This document shows, in pieces, positions 8,114 to 18,873 of a DNA stretch of 40,635 nt. The notes under the pieces are model-generated. The model did no database searches. It worked only from the letters and a program-made list of their open reading frames with translations, and had not been told where the DNA came from. The position numbers and the translations under genes are program-made. This stretch comes from an uncultured delta proteobacterium (lineage in GTDB: Bacteria; Desulfobacterota; Syntrophia; Syntrophales; UBA5619): the NCBI GenBank assembly GCA_963817385.1, contig CAWFOM010000026.1:1-40635 (forward strand), in the 5' to 3' direction. The stretch's first letter is position 1; the number at the start of each line of letters is the position of its first letter.

Positions 8114-10304
8114 TCAACTCCTCACCCTCTCGCTCAATAGCGTGTACCTCTTCTCGGTCTTGTTGTTTCGGATCGCGATGGCCATCGCCTTTTTGGTCCC
8201 GATGATCACGACGAGCTTTTTCCCGCGGGTGACCCCGGTGTAGAGGAGGTTCCGCTGGAGGAGGATGTAGTGCTGGGTCAGGATCGGGATCACCACGGCC
8301 GGGTATTCGGAGCCCTGCGATTTATGAATGGAGACCGCGTAGGCGTGGATGAGCTCGTCGAGCTCCGAGAAATCGTAGAGAACCTCCCGGTTGTCGATCG
8401 AAACCGAGACCTCCTGCGCCTCCGTGTCGATTCCCGTAATCCGGCCGATATCCCCGTTATAGACCTCCTTGTCGTAGTTGTTTGCAATCTGCATCACCTT
8501 GTCGCCGACCCGGTAGAGCCTCCCCATCCGGCTCACCCCCTCCTCGCCCGGGTTCAGCGCCTTCTGGAGCTCGACGTTGAGGTTCGTCCCCCCGACGATC
8601 CCCCGGTGCATCGGGGTGAGGACCTGGATGTCATCGATGGGATCGAAGCCGAATCGCTTGGGGATCCGTTCCTTCACCAGGGTGACGATCAGCTCCAGCA
8701 CCTTCTCGGGGTCCTCCTGCTCGATGAAGTAGAAATCGTCGAGCTTCTCCGGGGAGCTCTGCAGATTGGGCATTTTCCCTTCATTGATCATATGGGCATT
8801 GACGATGATCGAGCTCTCTCGCGCCTGGCGGAAGATTTCGGTTAGCTCGACCACGGGTACGGCCCGGGATTCAATGACGTCCTTCAGGACATTCCCCGCT
8901 CCGACGGAGGGGAGCTGGTTTACGTCGCCCACCATCACGAAGGTCGCCCGCGGGGGGACGGCCTTCAGGAGGTGGTGCATCAGGAGGGTGTCGATCATCG
9001 AGGCCTCGTCGACGATTAAAAGGTCGCAGTCGAGACGCGATTCGGCGTTCTTCTGAAAGCCGCCCTTCTGGAAGCTGTACTCGAGGAGGCGGTGGATCGT
9101 CTTTGCCTCATGGCCGGTGGCCTCGGTCATCCGTTTGGCGGCCCGGCCGGTCGGGGCGGCCAGGAGGGTCGTGGTCCGAAGCCCGGCAAAGATCCGAATC
9201 ATCGCGGTGATGAGGGTCGTCTTTCCCGTTCCGGGGCCCCCCGTGATCACCAGGACCTTGTGGCCGGCGAGGGCGCGGATGGCCTCGATCTGTTTGTCGG
9301 CCAGGGTGATGGCGAGCTTCTCCCGGATCCAGGGGATCGTCTTTTCCGCGTCGATTTGCCGGATAACCCGGGGCGCTTGGATGAGGGCCTTGAGGTTCGC
9401 TGCGAGCTGCGTCTCGGCGGTATGGTATCCGGCGAGATATACCGCCTTATGGTTTTCCCGGAAGGCTTCCGGGTCGCGGTTGAAGTCCTCGATGACGATC
9501 CTCTTGTCCGCGGCGATGGTCGCGATCGCCTTCACGATGATCTCCCGGTCGATTGCGAGGATCTCCTTGCATTTGACGATAAGCGGCTCGTAGGGGTAAT
9601 AGACATGCCCCTCGTCGGTCAGCTCGTGGAGGACATAGAGGATCCCCGCCTCCGCGCGGAGTTCCGAATCTTTGGCGAAACCGAGTTTCTCGGCGATCTT
9701 ATCGGCGGTGACGAAGCCGATCCCGAAGATGTCGGTCGCCAGGCGGTAGGGGTTCTCCCGGACGACGTCGATTGAGTCGTTCCCGTAGTGCTTGAAGATC
9801 CGGGCGGCATAGCCCGCGCCGACACCGTGGGATTGCAGGAAGATCATGATCGTGCGAATCTCCTTCTGTTCCTCCCACGCCTTTTTTGATCATGGCGATC
9901 CGTTTCGGACCGATCCCGTCGATCTCGGTGAGCTGCTCGATGTCCCGTTCGATGACGTTGAGGGTTTCCTCCTTGAACTTCTTGACGATCCGCTTGGCCA
10001 TGACCGGACCGATCCCCTTGATCAGTCCAGAGCCAAGGTATTTCTCGATCCCGATGACCGTGGCGGGGACGGCGCTTTCGCAAAAGGCGATCTTGAACTG
10101 CTCGCCGAACTTGGGGTGGTGGCCCCATTCGCCCTTCATGGAGAGGATTTCGCCGGGGGTGGGGTTGATGATGGTGCCGATGACCGTTACCAGCTCTTTG
10201 CGGCCGGCGACCTTAATGCGGGCGACGGTGTAGCCGTTCTCCTCGTTTACATAGGTGATCCGCTCAATCTGGCCGCGGAGGTCTGTCAGGTTTTCTGAAG
10301 CCAT
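8114..10304 (-). CDS. recD2: RecD2/TraA-family ATP-dependent DNA helicase (frameshift in A6 run at 9882-9887)
   Basis: YLGSGLIKGIGP, ENPYRL, GGPGTGKTT, VDEASM, GDVNQLPSVG, HKSQGSEY; removing one A restores KKAWEEQKEIR and joins two ORFs. Confidence 0.93.
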
Positions 10305-10552
10305 GGGCAGTCAATTCCGGTAAGGGGTGAACTATCGGCCGACGGCCGGTACGCGTAGCGGTACTTTAGGCCAAGCATGGGGCGATTGCAAACGATTTCA
10401 GCGCGTTGGGGTGATGAACCGTCGAACCGTTGTTGTCGTTCAGGACGTCGACGCGGGAGAAATGCGTGACATCACAACGATTATCTGATATGGATCCTTC
10501 ATGATCAAGAACCCGGAACTGCTTGGAAAATTTGAATGCACATCCGCTTATC

Positions 10553-11383
10553 ATGAAAAATCCCTTGTTCAACCTGTCTGAAGGCGAGGTTCATCTCTGG
10601 TTTGCCTATCCGGACGAATGGGAGGAGACGGCCTTGATCGCCTCGGCCCGCGATATCCTCGACGGCGGGGAGATCGCCCGTTCGGAGCGGTTCCATATTC
10701 CGGTGCACCGGCGGCTGTTTCTGGTGAGCCATCTTCTTGTCCGGATGGCGCTTTCGCATTACGCGGACCACTCGCCGGCTCAATGGCGGTTTGTCAGGAA
10801 TGACCACGGCAAGCCGCAGATCGATCCGGCCATAGGGGCATCCTCGCTGACCTTCAGCCTCGCCCACACCGCAGGCATCGGGGTTGTCGGCGTGACCAGG
10901 GGGCGGGACATCGGTGTGGACGTGGAGAGAAGGGACCGCCGCGTCAATGCGCGGGGTCTCATCCGCCGTTTCTTCTCGCCGGCGGAGGCGGTCGGGTTGG
11001 GGAAACTGCCGTCCGCCTGCCTGCGCGACCGGTTTTTCTTCACCTGGACCCTGAAGGAGGCTTACATCAAGGCACTCGGCCGCGGCCTGTCCCTGCCTCT
11101 TAGTTCGTTCGGCTTTCAGCTCGCGGGGAGAAGGCCATACCGAATCGGGTTCACCGGTTTTCCCGGAGCGGAGGGGAAAGAGGCCGGACCCTGGCGCTTT
11201 GCGCTGATCGAGATTCTACCGCACTATATTGCGGCGTTGAGCGTCGCGTGCGATCCGACAACGGTGGTCGCGCTGCGATGCTGCCAGGCCGTTTGGCCGG
11301 GGGAAGCAGCGCCGCTTGCGTGTGTCCCCTTTGTTTCCCCGATCATCGCCCTCTCGGCGGGTGTCACCTGTATAAAATTGTAA
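10553..11383 (+). CDS. Sfp-type 4'-phosphopantetheinyl transferase
   Basis: HGKP, FSLAHT, IGVDVE, FFFTWTLKEAYIKALGRGL. Confidence 0.93.
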   Translation: MKNPLFNLSEGEVHLWFAYPDEWEETALIASARDILDGGEIARSERFHIPVHRRLFLVSHLLVRMALSHYADHSPAQWRFVRNDHGKPQIDPAIGASSLTFSLAHTAGIGVVGVTRGRDIGVDVERRDRRVNARGLIRRFFSPAEAVGLGKLPSACLRDRFFFTWTLKEAYIKALGRGLSLPLSSFGFQLAGRRPYRIGFTGFPGAEGKEAGPWRFALIEILPHYIAALSVACDPTTVVALRCCQAVWPGEAAPLACVPFVSPIIALSAGVTCIKL

Positions 11384-11508
11384 TCCGAGATTATTTTTTT
11401 ATACAACCGTTCCTTGCCGACGATCATACATGATTACAAAAGTTTCTACGCTTTTGCACCTGTCTTTCGGGAAGGCGTCAATCCTTTGAGAGTATAAGAT
11501 AATTATAC
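11369..11508. promoter_or_regulatory. Candidate enhancer (bEBP) palindromes
   Basis: TGTATAAAA..TTTTATACA (11369-11405) and GTATAA-N5-TTATAC (11492-11508), upstream of a sigma54 motif. Confidence 0.45.
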
Positions 11509-11605
11509 ATTCCTCCCTACCGCTCCGGGCGGCGCCACGGGTTGTTATCGATAATAAGCAGTGATTCCAAACTGATACATTAATTATGGCGATGGCCCCT
11601 CTTCA

Positions 11606-11621
11606 TGGCATGCCTGATGCA
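11606..11621 (+). promoter_or_regulatory. Sigma54 (-24/-12) promoter
   Basis: TGGCATGCCTGATGCA: GG-N10-GC spacing, about 50 nt before ATG 11674. Confidence 0.75.
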
Positions 11622-11673
11622 ATAACATAAGGCAAAGGGAAGCAAAAGGAACCATCAACGAAAGGAGGACGCC

Positions 11674-11904
11674 ATGAAACGCACACTGACCACACTGGGA
11701 GCCTTGATGATCACAACGACACCGGCGCTCGCATACGGCGGCCCGGAGACAACGGAAACGAGTCTGCTCACTATCCTGCTTATGGGATTCGGGATTATCA
11801 TCATCGCCGGCCAGTTGATTCCCGGACTGATTCTGTTCACTTCGACTATCAAGGCCCTCTTCGGCAAGACGGAGAAGGAAACGGCCCCGGCAACCGGCAG
11901 ATAA
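11674..11904 (+). CDS. Small hypothetical membrane protein with signal peptide
   Basis: AAGGAGG RBS; signal ending ALA; hydrophobic segment LMGFGIIIIAGQLIPG; paralog of next gene. Confidence 0.8.
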   Translation: MKRTLTTLGALMITTTPALAYGGPETTETSLLTILLMGFGIIIIAGQLIPGLILFTSTIKALFGKTEKETAPATGR

Positions 11905-11947
11905 ACTCGAAAGAGGAACGTATATTATAAAGGATAAGGAGGATGTC

Positions 11948-12214
11948 ATGAAAAACACAGCGATCATAAAAAAAACGGCTCTGGGATTGATGGTGCTCCT
12001 CGCGAATGCCGCCACCGCCTGGGCGGCGGATGTCGCCCACGAGGATAGCAGCGACATGTTCGTCTATATCTTCCTGGGCTTCTGCGCCCTGATCATCATC
12101 GCGCAGCTGATCCCCGCAGCGATGATGGTTCTGGGAATCGCCAAGGGTGCGAAGAAACCGACCACGGAAACCGTTCCGGTGACGGCCGATCACACAATCC
12201 CCCGGGAGGGATAG
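11948..12214 (+). CDS. Small hypothetical membrane protein with signal peptide
   Basis: AAGGAGG RBS; signal ending AWA; hydrophobic segment FLGFCALIIIAQLIPA. Confidence 0.8.
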   Translation: MKNTAIIKKTALGLMVLLANAATAWAADVAHEDSSDMFVYIFLGFCALIIIAQLIPAAMMVLGIAKGAKKPTTETVPVTADHTIPREG

Positions 12215-12242
12215 AAAAGGTTACTCAGCAGGTACGCCGATG

Positions 12243-12284
12243 GGCGGGGGGCGCCGGAATGGTGCTCCCCGCCTGTTATTTTAT
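12243..12284 (+). terminator. Intrinsic terminator
   Basis: GGCGGGGGGCGCC-GGAAT-GGTGCTCCCCGCC followed by TGTTATTTTAT. Confidence 0.75.
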
Positions 12285-12450
12285 CCCGCGCTCGATTCCG
12301 TAGCCTTTCTCCAAATTGAAGCCATCCTTGAGCATGCTGCGGAGAATCTCCAATCCTTAAGATGAACAAACCACTTTGTCGTTGCCCGCTTACCCCGCGG
12401 GCAAGCCGTGATGCGTGCGCTCGCCAGCGGATTCAGACCGTAATCATCGA

Positions 12451-12479
12451 TTGACAGTCGGCGCCCGATCTCATACTAT
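12451..12479 (+). promoter_or_regulatory. Putative sigma70 promoter
   Basis: TTGACA-17 nt-TACTAT. Confidence 0.7.
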
Positions 12480-12533
12480 CCACCGATGGGGGCGTCGCGC
12501 AGGCGAACGACAGACATCGGTTGAAGGGTGGGC

Positions 12534-13313
12534 ATGAAGCGGATCATCGTGCAGCTATACGAAATCCAGGAGCCCCGCGAGGCGGAATGGCTCATCAAGC
12601 TGGGGGTGGACCATATCGGGAGTGTGATCCTCTCCCCGGAGGCCTGGAAGCTCCCCGTCCTGAGGGATGTTGTCCGCCTGGTCAGGCAGTCCCCGGCGAA
12701 GAGCACCCTGATCCCCCTCCTCACCAAGCCGGACGATATCCTCCGCACCCTGGACTACTACCAGCCCGATTTCGTCCATTTCTGCGAACTTATTCCCCTG
12801 TCGTCTGAGGAAAGCGGAAGGCGGGAGGAGCTCTGCGCGGAGATGATCAGGATCCAGGAGCTCGTGAAGAAGGAGTTCCCCCTGCTCGGGCTCATCCGGT
12901 CCATGCCGATTCCCGAGCCGGGACCGGCCGATCCCGCCTCTGTTCGGGAGGCGATCCTCGCCGTCGCCCGCACGTTGGGGCCGTACTGCGATTACTTCAT
13001 GACCGACACCCTCCGGGGCGTTGGGAACGACGCCGTTCCCCAGCCGGTCGCCGGGTATGTCGGCATCACCGGGGAGGTGTGCGACTGGGAGCTGGCCTCG
13101 GCGCTCGTCGCGGCGAGCCCGATCCCCGTGATCCTCGCCGGGGGGATCTCGCCGGAGAACGTCTTCGACGCTATCGGCCGGGTCGGGCCCGCGGGGATCG
13201 ACAGTTGTACGCAGACCAACGCCCGCGACGCATTGGGGAAGCCGATTCGCTTCCGGAAGGACCGGGAGCGTGTCCGGCGCCTCCTCGACGAGGTGAGGCG
13301 GGCGGAGGAGTAG
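12534..13313 (+). CDS. Phosphoribosylanthranilate isomerase (TrpF)-like TIM-barrel protein
   Basis: GVDHIG, GITGEVCDW, PVILAGGISPENV, GIDSCT; N-terminal KICG replaced by QLYE. Confidence 0.75.
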   Translation: MKRIIVQLYEIQEPREAEWLIKLGVDHIGSVILSPEAWKLPVLRDVVRLVRQSPAKSTLIPLLTKPDDILRTLDYYQPDFVHFCELIPLSSEESGRREELCAEMIRIQELVKKEFPLLGLIRSMPIPEPGPADPASVREAILAVARTLGPYCDYFMTDTLRGVGNDAVPQPVAGYVGITGEVCDWELASALVAASPIPVILAGGISPENVFDAIGRVGPAGIDSCTQTNARDALGKPIRFRKDRERVRRLLDEVRRAEE

Positions 13314-13335
13314 CGGGTTGATGAGGAGTCAAACG

Positions 13336-13803
13336 ATGCAGGCGATGCGGAAGGCGAACCGGGAGATCAAGGAGCCGAACGCCGTTCGGGCGATCATGGA
13401 GGAGGCCCTCGTCTGCCGGATCGGCCTTTCCGACGACGGGATGCCCTATGTAGTCCCCATGAACTTCGGCCTGGGTGAGAACTGCCTCTATCTCCACTGC
13501 GCCGCGGAGGGGCAAAAGCTCGACATCATTCGGCGAAACGACCGGGTCTGCTTCGAGATGGATCTCCTCCGGGAGGTAGTGCGGGGCGAGTCGGCGTGCG
13601 GCTGTTCCGCCCGCTACGAGAGCGTCATCGGTTACGGCCGGGCGGTTATCGTGGAGGACGCCGCCGAGAAAAGGGCCGCCCTCGACCGGATCATGGAGCA
13701 CTACGGCGAGAAAGGGCCGTTCGCCTATCAGGACGACATCCTCGCCAAGACGACGGTCATCCGGATCGCTATCGAAAGCCTCACCGCCAAACACCGCGAG
13801 TGA
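13336..13803 (+). CDS. Pyridoxamine 5'-phosphate oxidase family (Nim-like) flavin-binding protein
   Basis: MRKANREI, PYVVPMNF, LYLHCAAEGQKLD, VCFE, YESVIGYG. Confidence 0.9.
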   Translation: MQAMRKANREIKEPNAVRAIMEEALVCRIGLSDDGMPYVVPMNFGLGENCLYLHCAAEGQKLDIIRRNDRVCFEMDLLREVVRGESACGCSARYESVIGYGRAVIVEDAAEKRAALDRIMEHYGEKGPFAYQDDILAKTTVIRIAIESLTAKHRE

Positions 13804-13862
13804 TCAAATCCCCTCGCAGGGGCGGGGGGCGGGATGACAGGGTTTGTGAGGGGTTGAATCCC

Positions 13863-15298
13863 ATGGCCGATGCGGCGAACAGGGGATTGCCGCGACAGAT
13901 GCTCCTTCTCTTTTTGGGGGCGGCATTTCTCGTTGTTCTGTCTCTTCCTTTTTTGTATCATCCCGCGCCGCCCATTCAGGAGTCCAGCAAGCCCGCCCAA
14001 TCCCCCGGTCCGGCCCGCAAACTGATCATCATATCACCTCACTGGGAGGGGATTCGCCGCGAATTCGGGTTCGCTTTTTCCGCGTGGACACAAAAGAACC
14101 TGGGCTACCAAACCGATGTCGAGTGGCTGGATGTAGGCGGCACTTCCGATGCCGTGCGCTATGTCCGTTCCGAATTCAGGCGCGCACCCGAGGGAATCAA
14201 CGCGGATCTTTTTTTCGGCGGCGGCATCGATCCCTTTCTGCAGTTCAAGAAAGAGGGACTGCTTCAACCGGCCGGGAATAGCCCCCGCCGTGATCGACCG
14301 GATTCCGCCGACCTTTTCGGGCATCGAGCTTTACGACCGGGACCGTCAGTGGTTCGGCGCCTGCCTGAGCGGATTCGGCATCATCCACAACAAGAAAGTG
14401 CTGGAGACCCTGAAACTGCCGGCGCCGCGCGAGTGGGCCGACTTGGCCGCACCGCGCTATTTCAGTTGGGTGGGCTCGGGCGATCCGCGTTCGAGCGGCA
14501 GCGTGCACATGGCCTACGAAATCATCCTGCAGGCCTACGGCTGGGAAAAGGGATGGTCCATTATCCTGCGCATGGCGGGCAACATCCGCAACTTCTCCCG
14601 CGCCGCCAGCGACGTCCCCAAGGACACGGCCCTGGGTGAAATCGCCTGCGGCCTGGCCATCGACGTGTACGCCTGGCGCCAGGTGGCGGAGGCGGGGGCC
14701 GAGCGGATCGGATTTATCCTTCCCGAGGGACTCACGGTGATCAATCCCGACGGCATCGCAATTCTGAAAGGCGCCCCCCATGCGGAACTGGCGGCGAAGT
14801 TCATCGAGTTCACGCTTTCCGACGCGGGCCAGAGGCTCTGGGTGCTCCGCAAAGGAGCGCCCGGCGGACCAAAGGAATATGAACTGGGCCGCATGCCCGT
14901 CATTCCCGGTTTTGCCAAGGCATTCGGCCGTGAGGCGGCGGTGCCGTTTGATCCCTTCGAGTGGAAAGGCGGCTTTATCTATGACGCACGAGAAAGGTTC
15001 CAAGCGCTGGACGCTCATCAACGACCTGATCGGCTCGGTCCTCATCGACAATCACAAGGAGCTGGCGGCGGCGTGGGACACGGTGCGAAACCGTCCGCCG
15101 GATGATCCCGTACTCCGGGAGCTGACTCGGCCGCCCTTTTCGGAGGCGGAAGGGCTGCGCCTGGCCGAAAAGGAATGGAATCAGCCGGAACAACGGGCCA
15201 AAATCCGGGCGCAGTGGTCGGCGGATGCCAGGAAGCTATATCTCGGAATCAGCGGGCGCGAGGAGAAGCCGGGGGCGTCAGGCGGTCCCCGGCAGTAA
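13863..15298 (+). CDS. ABC transporter substrate-binding protein, Fe3+/AfuA-like (frameshifts near 14275 and 14988)
   Basis: ISPH, DLFFGGG, DPRSSGS, INPDGIAILKGAP spread over three overlapping ORFs. Confidence 0.85.
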
Positions 15299-15338
15299 CG
15301 TGCCCTCCCCCCATCATTTTTTTGTTGGAGCACGGACA

Positions 15339-16413
15339 GTGGACGATATCATCGTGAAAAACGCGACCAAGCGATTCGGGAAAACGGTGGCCGTGGACCA
15401 TGTTTCCTTCGAGATCAAAGCCGGCTCCCTCTTCTTTCTGCTCGGACCGTCCGGTTGCGGCAAGACCACGCTACTTCGGATGATCGCCGGTTTCTGCGAC
15501 ATCGAGGAGGGCGATATCCTCTTCGGCGCCCGTTCGCTCAAGGCGGTGGTGCCCGGCAAACGCAATACCGCCATGGTCTTCCAGAATTATGCCCTCTGGC
15601 CGCACCTGAGCGTTCACGGGAATGTCGCCTACGGTCTGGAAGAGCGGAGCGTCCCGCCGGCGGAGCGTCGTGCGCGGGTGCAAGAAGCGCTCAGGACCGT
15701 CCACATGGAGGAGTACGAATTCCGCAAGCCCAACGAGCTCTCCGGCGGCCAGCAGCAGCGGGTCGCACTGGCCCGGGCGCTTGTGGTCAAGCCGGACGTG
15801 GTGCTTCTGGACGAACCGCTCTCCAATCTCGATGCCAAGCTCCGGATGGAGATGCGCCACGAGATCCGCCGCATCCACGACGAAACGGGCGTCACCATGA
15901 TCTATGTCACCCACGACCAGAAAGAAGCGCTGACGATGGCCGACCAGATCGCCGTCATGAGCATGGGCCGCATCGAGCAGATCGGAACCCCCCAGGCCAT
16001 CTATCACTCCCCGGCCAACATCTTCGTGGCCACCTTTATCGGCGAAGCCAACCTGATCCCGGGAGAACTGATCGAAGCCGGCGACGGGTACGGCTCAATC
16101 CGGACGCCGCTCGGGGTTTTTCAGGGGCGGCTCGCCAATCCGGGGATGCGCACGGGAGAGGCCGCCTGCTGCCTGGTCCGGCCGGAAAACCTCCTTCTGT
16201 CCGGATGCCGGGGAAAACCGGATTTCGGTGACGGTGGAGAACATCGTCTTTCTCGGCGAGTCAGAACAATATCTCCTGAAAGCCGGCGATACGCTCCTCA
16301 AGGCGCTGACGATCGGCGCCCCGGCCGGGATCGGGAAAGGGGTGCAGACGCAGGCGAGCTTCAGGCCGGAAGATACCCTCCTCCTGCCTTCCGAAGGGGG
16401 AACGGGCGTATGA
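15339..16413 (+). CDS. ABC transporter ATP-binding protein, PotA/FbpC-like (frameshift near 16203)
   Basis: GPSGCGKTT, LSGGQQQR, LLDEPLSNLD, YVTHDQ; C-terminal domain in next frame (16228-16413). Confidence 0.92.
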
Positions 16414-18084
16414 AAAGAAGCACCGGACTATTTCTCTTTGTCGTTGCCGGATTCCTCGGCATCTTCCTGTTTTATCCGCTTTTTTATGTGCTGCGGGAAG
16501 CCTTTTTCTCCCCCGGCCATTTCTCGATGGCCTATTTCCGCCACATCCTCGCCAACCCGGCCAGCCGCGACGGCCATGGCCAACAGCTTCTGGCTCGCGC
16601 TGGCGACCACCCTGGTCACGGCCCTTCTGGCCATTCCCCTGGCCTTCCTGACCACCCGTTTCCGCTTTCCCGCGCAAGGCGCTCCTCACCGGCCTTTTGC
16701 TGGTGCCGATGATCATGCCGCCCTTTGTCGGCGCCATCGGCATGCGGCAATTGCTGGCCCGCTTCGGTTCGATCAATCTCCTGCTGATGGAGGGCGGCCT
16801 GATCGCCTCGCCGATCGACTGGCTGGGTTCCGCCCGCTTCTGGGGCGTCGTCCTCGTGGAGGCCCTGCATCTCTATCCGATCTTTTACCTGAACGCCTCG
16901 GCCGCCCTGGCGAATGTCGATCCGGCCCTGGAGGAGGCTGCCTTGAACCTGGGTTCGAGCCGTTTTCGCACCTTTCGGCGCGTGACCCTGCCGCTCATGA
17001 TGCCCGGCCTCTTTGCCGGCGCCATCCTCGTGGCGCTCTGGGCCTTTACCGACCTGGGAACGCCGCTGATCTTCGAATACCGCAACGTCATGGCCGTGCA
17101 GATCTTCGACCGGGCGAACGATCTTGCCGACAATCCGGAAGGCCACGCCCTGGTCGTCCTGATGCTCGTCATTACGACGGTGATGTTTTTGACCAGCAAG
17201 AAATTCTTCGGCGCCAAGGGCTATGAAACTCTCGGCAAGGGCAGTGTCGGGGCGGCGGAGAAGACCCTGAGTCCGGTGATGGGAGCCTTGGCCGTGCTCG
17301 CCGTGAGCCGGCGTGGTGCTGATTGCCTGCCTTCCCCATATCGCCGTCATTCTTACCTCTCTCCGGGAGAAATGGTTCATGACGGTCCTGCCGGAAAGCT
17401 ACACCTTCCTGTACTATGAAAAGGCGCTGGGACACCCCCTGACCCTGCTCGAGCATCAGAAACAGCATCCTGCTCAGCACCCTGAGCACGATACTGGATA
17501 TCGTCCTGGGCGTGGCGATTGCCTATCTCCTGGCGCGCCGTAAATTCCGGGGCGCGAACCTGCTGGATGCGGCCGTCATGCTGCCGCTGGCCATTCCGGG
17601 CGTGGTGCTGGCCTTCGGCTACCTGGCCTGCTTCGCCGGGACGGCGCTCGATCCGCGGATCAATCCGATGCCGCTTCTGGTGATCGCCTATTCCGTCCGG
17701 CGTCTGCCCTACATGGTCCGGACAGCCTACGGCGGATTCCTGCAGATCAGCCCCTCGCTCGAAGAAGCGGCGATCAATCTCGGCTCCAGCGCCTTCCGGA
17801 CGGTGCGGAAAATCACCCTCCCCCTGGTGAGCGCCAACATCGTGGCGGGCGCCATCCTGGTGTTTTCCTTCGCCATGCTCGAGGTCAGCGAAAGCCTGAT
17901 CCTGGCCGTGAAGGAACAGTACTTCCCCATCACCAAGGCGATTTATCAGTTGATGGGCAGGATCGAGGACGGCGCCTTCATGGCCAGCGCCCTCGGCGTC
18001 TGGAGCATGGCCCTGCTGGCCATCTCCCTTCTGATCGCCGGCCTTCTCCTCGGCCGCAGGATGGGTCAGTTGTTCCGGGTGTGA
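16410..18084 (+). CDS. Fe3+-type ABC transporter permease (frameshifts near 16569, 16673, 17306, 17447)
   Basis: Two EAA loops (LEEAALNLGSS, LEEAAINLGSS); ATGA overlap with ATPase; five overlapping fragments. Confidence 0.88.
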
Positions 18085-18106
18085 TCGTTGATTTGTTAAA
18101 TAATTA

Positions 18107-18135
18107 TTGACATAATATTAACTAATGGTTAACAT
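18107..18135 (+). promoter_or_regulatory. Toxin-antitoxin promoter with overlapping operator palindrome
   Basis: TTGACA-17 nt-TAACAT; TTAAC-N5-GTTAA at 18118-18132. Confidence 0.7.
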
Positions 18136-18140
18136 AAGTC

Positions 18141-18398
18141 ATGTATGAAGTTTTCTACCAGCAACAAGCGTTGAAAACTCTGCAAAAACTGCCGCGCAAT
18201 CTATCCCGGTTGATCCGGGAGAAGATCGATCAGCTTGCGCAGGACCCTCATATCCCGAATCCGAATGTCAAGTTGCTGGAAGGGCGAAGCGGATATAGAC
18301 TCAGGGTCGGAGACTGGCGGGTCCTTTATGAACTGTTTGACGATAGATTGGTTATTGGAGTGATCAAGATTAAGACGAGGGGAGATGTTTCCGAATGA
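18141..18398 (+). CDS. Type II TA toxin, RelE/ParE family
   Basis: 85 aa; VKLLEGRSGYRLRVGDWRVLY, C-terminal RGDV. Confidence 0.92.
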   Translation: MYEVFYQQQALKTLQKLPRNLSRLIREKIDQLAQDPHIPNPNVKLLEGRSGYRLRVGDWRVLYELFDDRLVIGVIKIKTRGDVSE

Positions 18399-18775
18399 GT
18401 GTCCAAGTAATTGAAAAAGAAGGAAAACCGGAATTTGCCGTCCTGCCCTTTGAAGAATATGAGATGTTGCTGGAGCGCCTTGAAGACCTAGAGGACGCCC
18501 GTGATCTCCGGGAATACCGGACCAATCCCGGTGAATCCTTCCCGACGGCATTCGCAGACCGCCTTCTCGAAGGGGAAAATCCAATCAAGCTCTGGCGGGA
18601 GTACCGCGGGATGACGCAGGGCGCATTGGCGGAAAAGGTAAAGGTCACGGCCGCCCATATCAGCCAGATCGAAAGTGGGAAAAGGGAATGTTCCGTAAAG
18701 CTGCTTCAGTCGCTCGCCAAGACTCTAAATATAGATATGGAGCTGCTTCTTCCCCGGGAAGAATCAGCTCGCTAA
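18395..18775 (+). CDS. XRE-HTH antitoxin (HigA-like)
   Basis: GKPEFAVLPFEEY N-terminus, NPIKLWREYRGMTQ..LA..ISQIESGKR HTH; ATGA overlap with toxin. Confidence 0.9.
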   Translation: MSVQVIEKEGKPEFAVLPFEEYEMLLERLEDLEDARDLREYRTNPGESFPTAFADRLLEGENPIKLWREYRGMTQGALAEKVKVTAAHISQIESGKRECSVKLLQSLAKTLNIDMELLLPREESAR

Positions 18776-18873
18776 ACGGGTGGCGTAATCGGTATACCCC
18801 GTGCCCAATTGAAGAGAACATTATTAGTTTCGGTGGTATGCGTAATTGAATTTCATGAAAAGGGGAGCTTTAA

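Noticed and set aside
9880..9890. Programmed ribosomal frameshift at AAAAAAG in recD2
   Set aside because: Repair needs +1, whereas A-AAA-AAG promotes -1 and the phase is wrong; a homopolymer error is simpler
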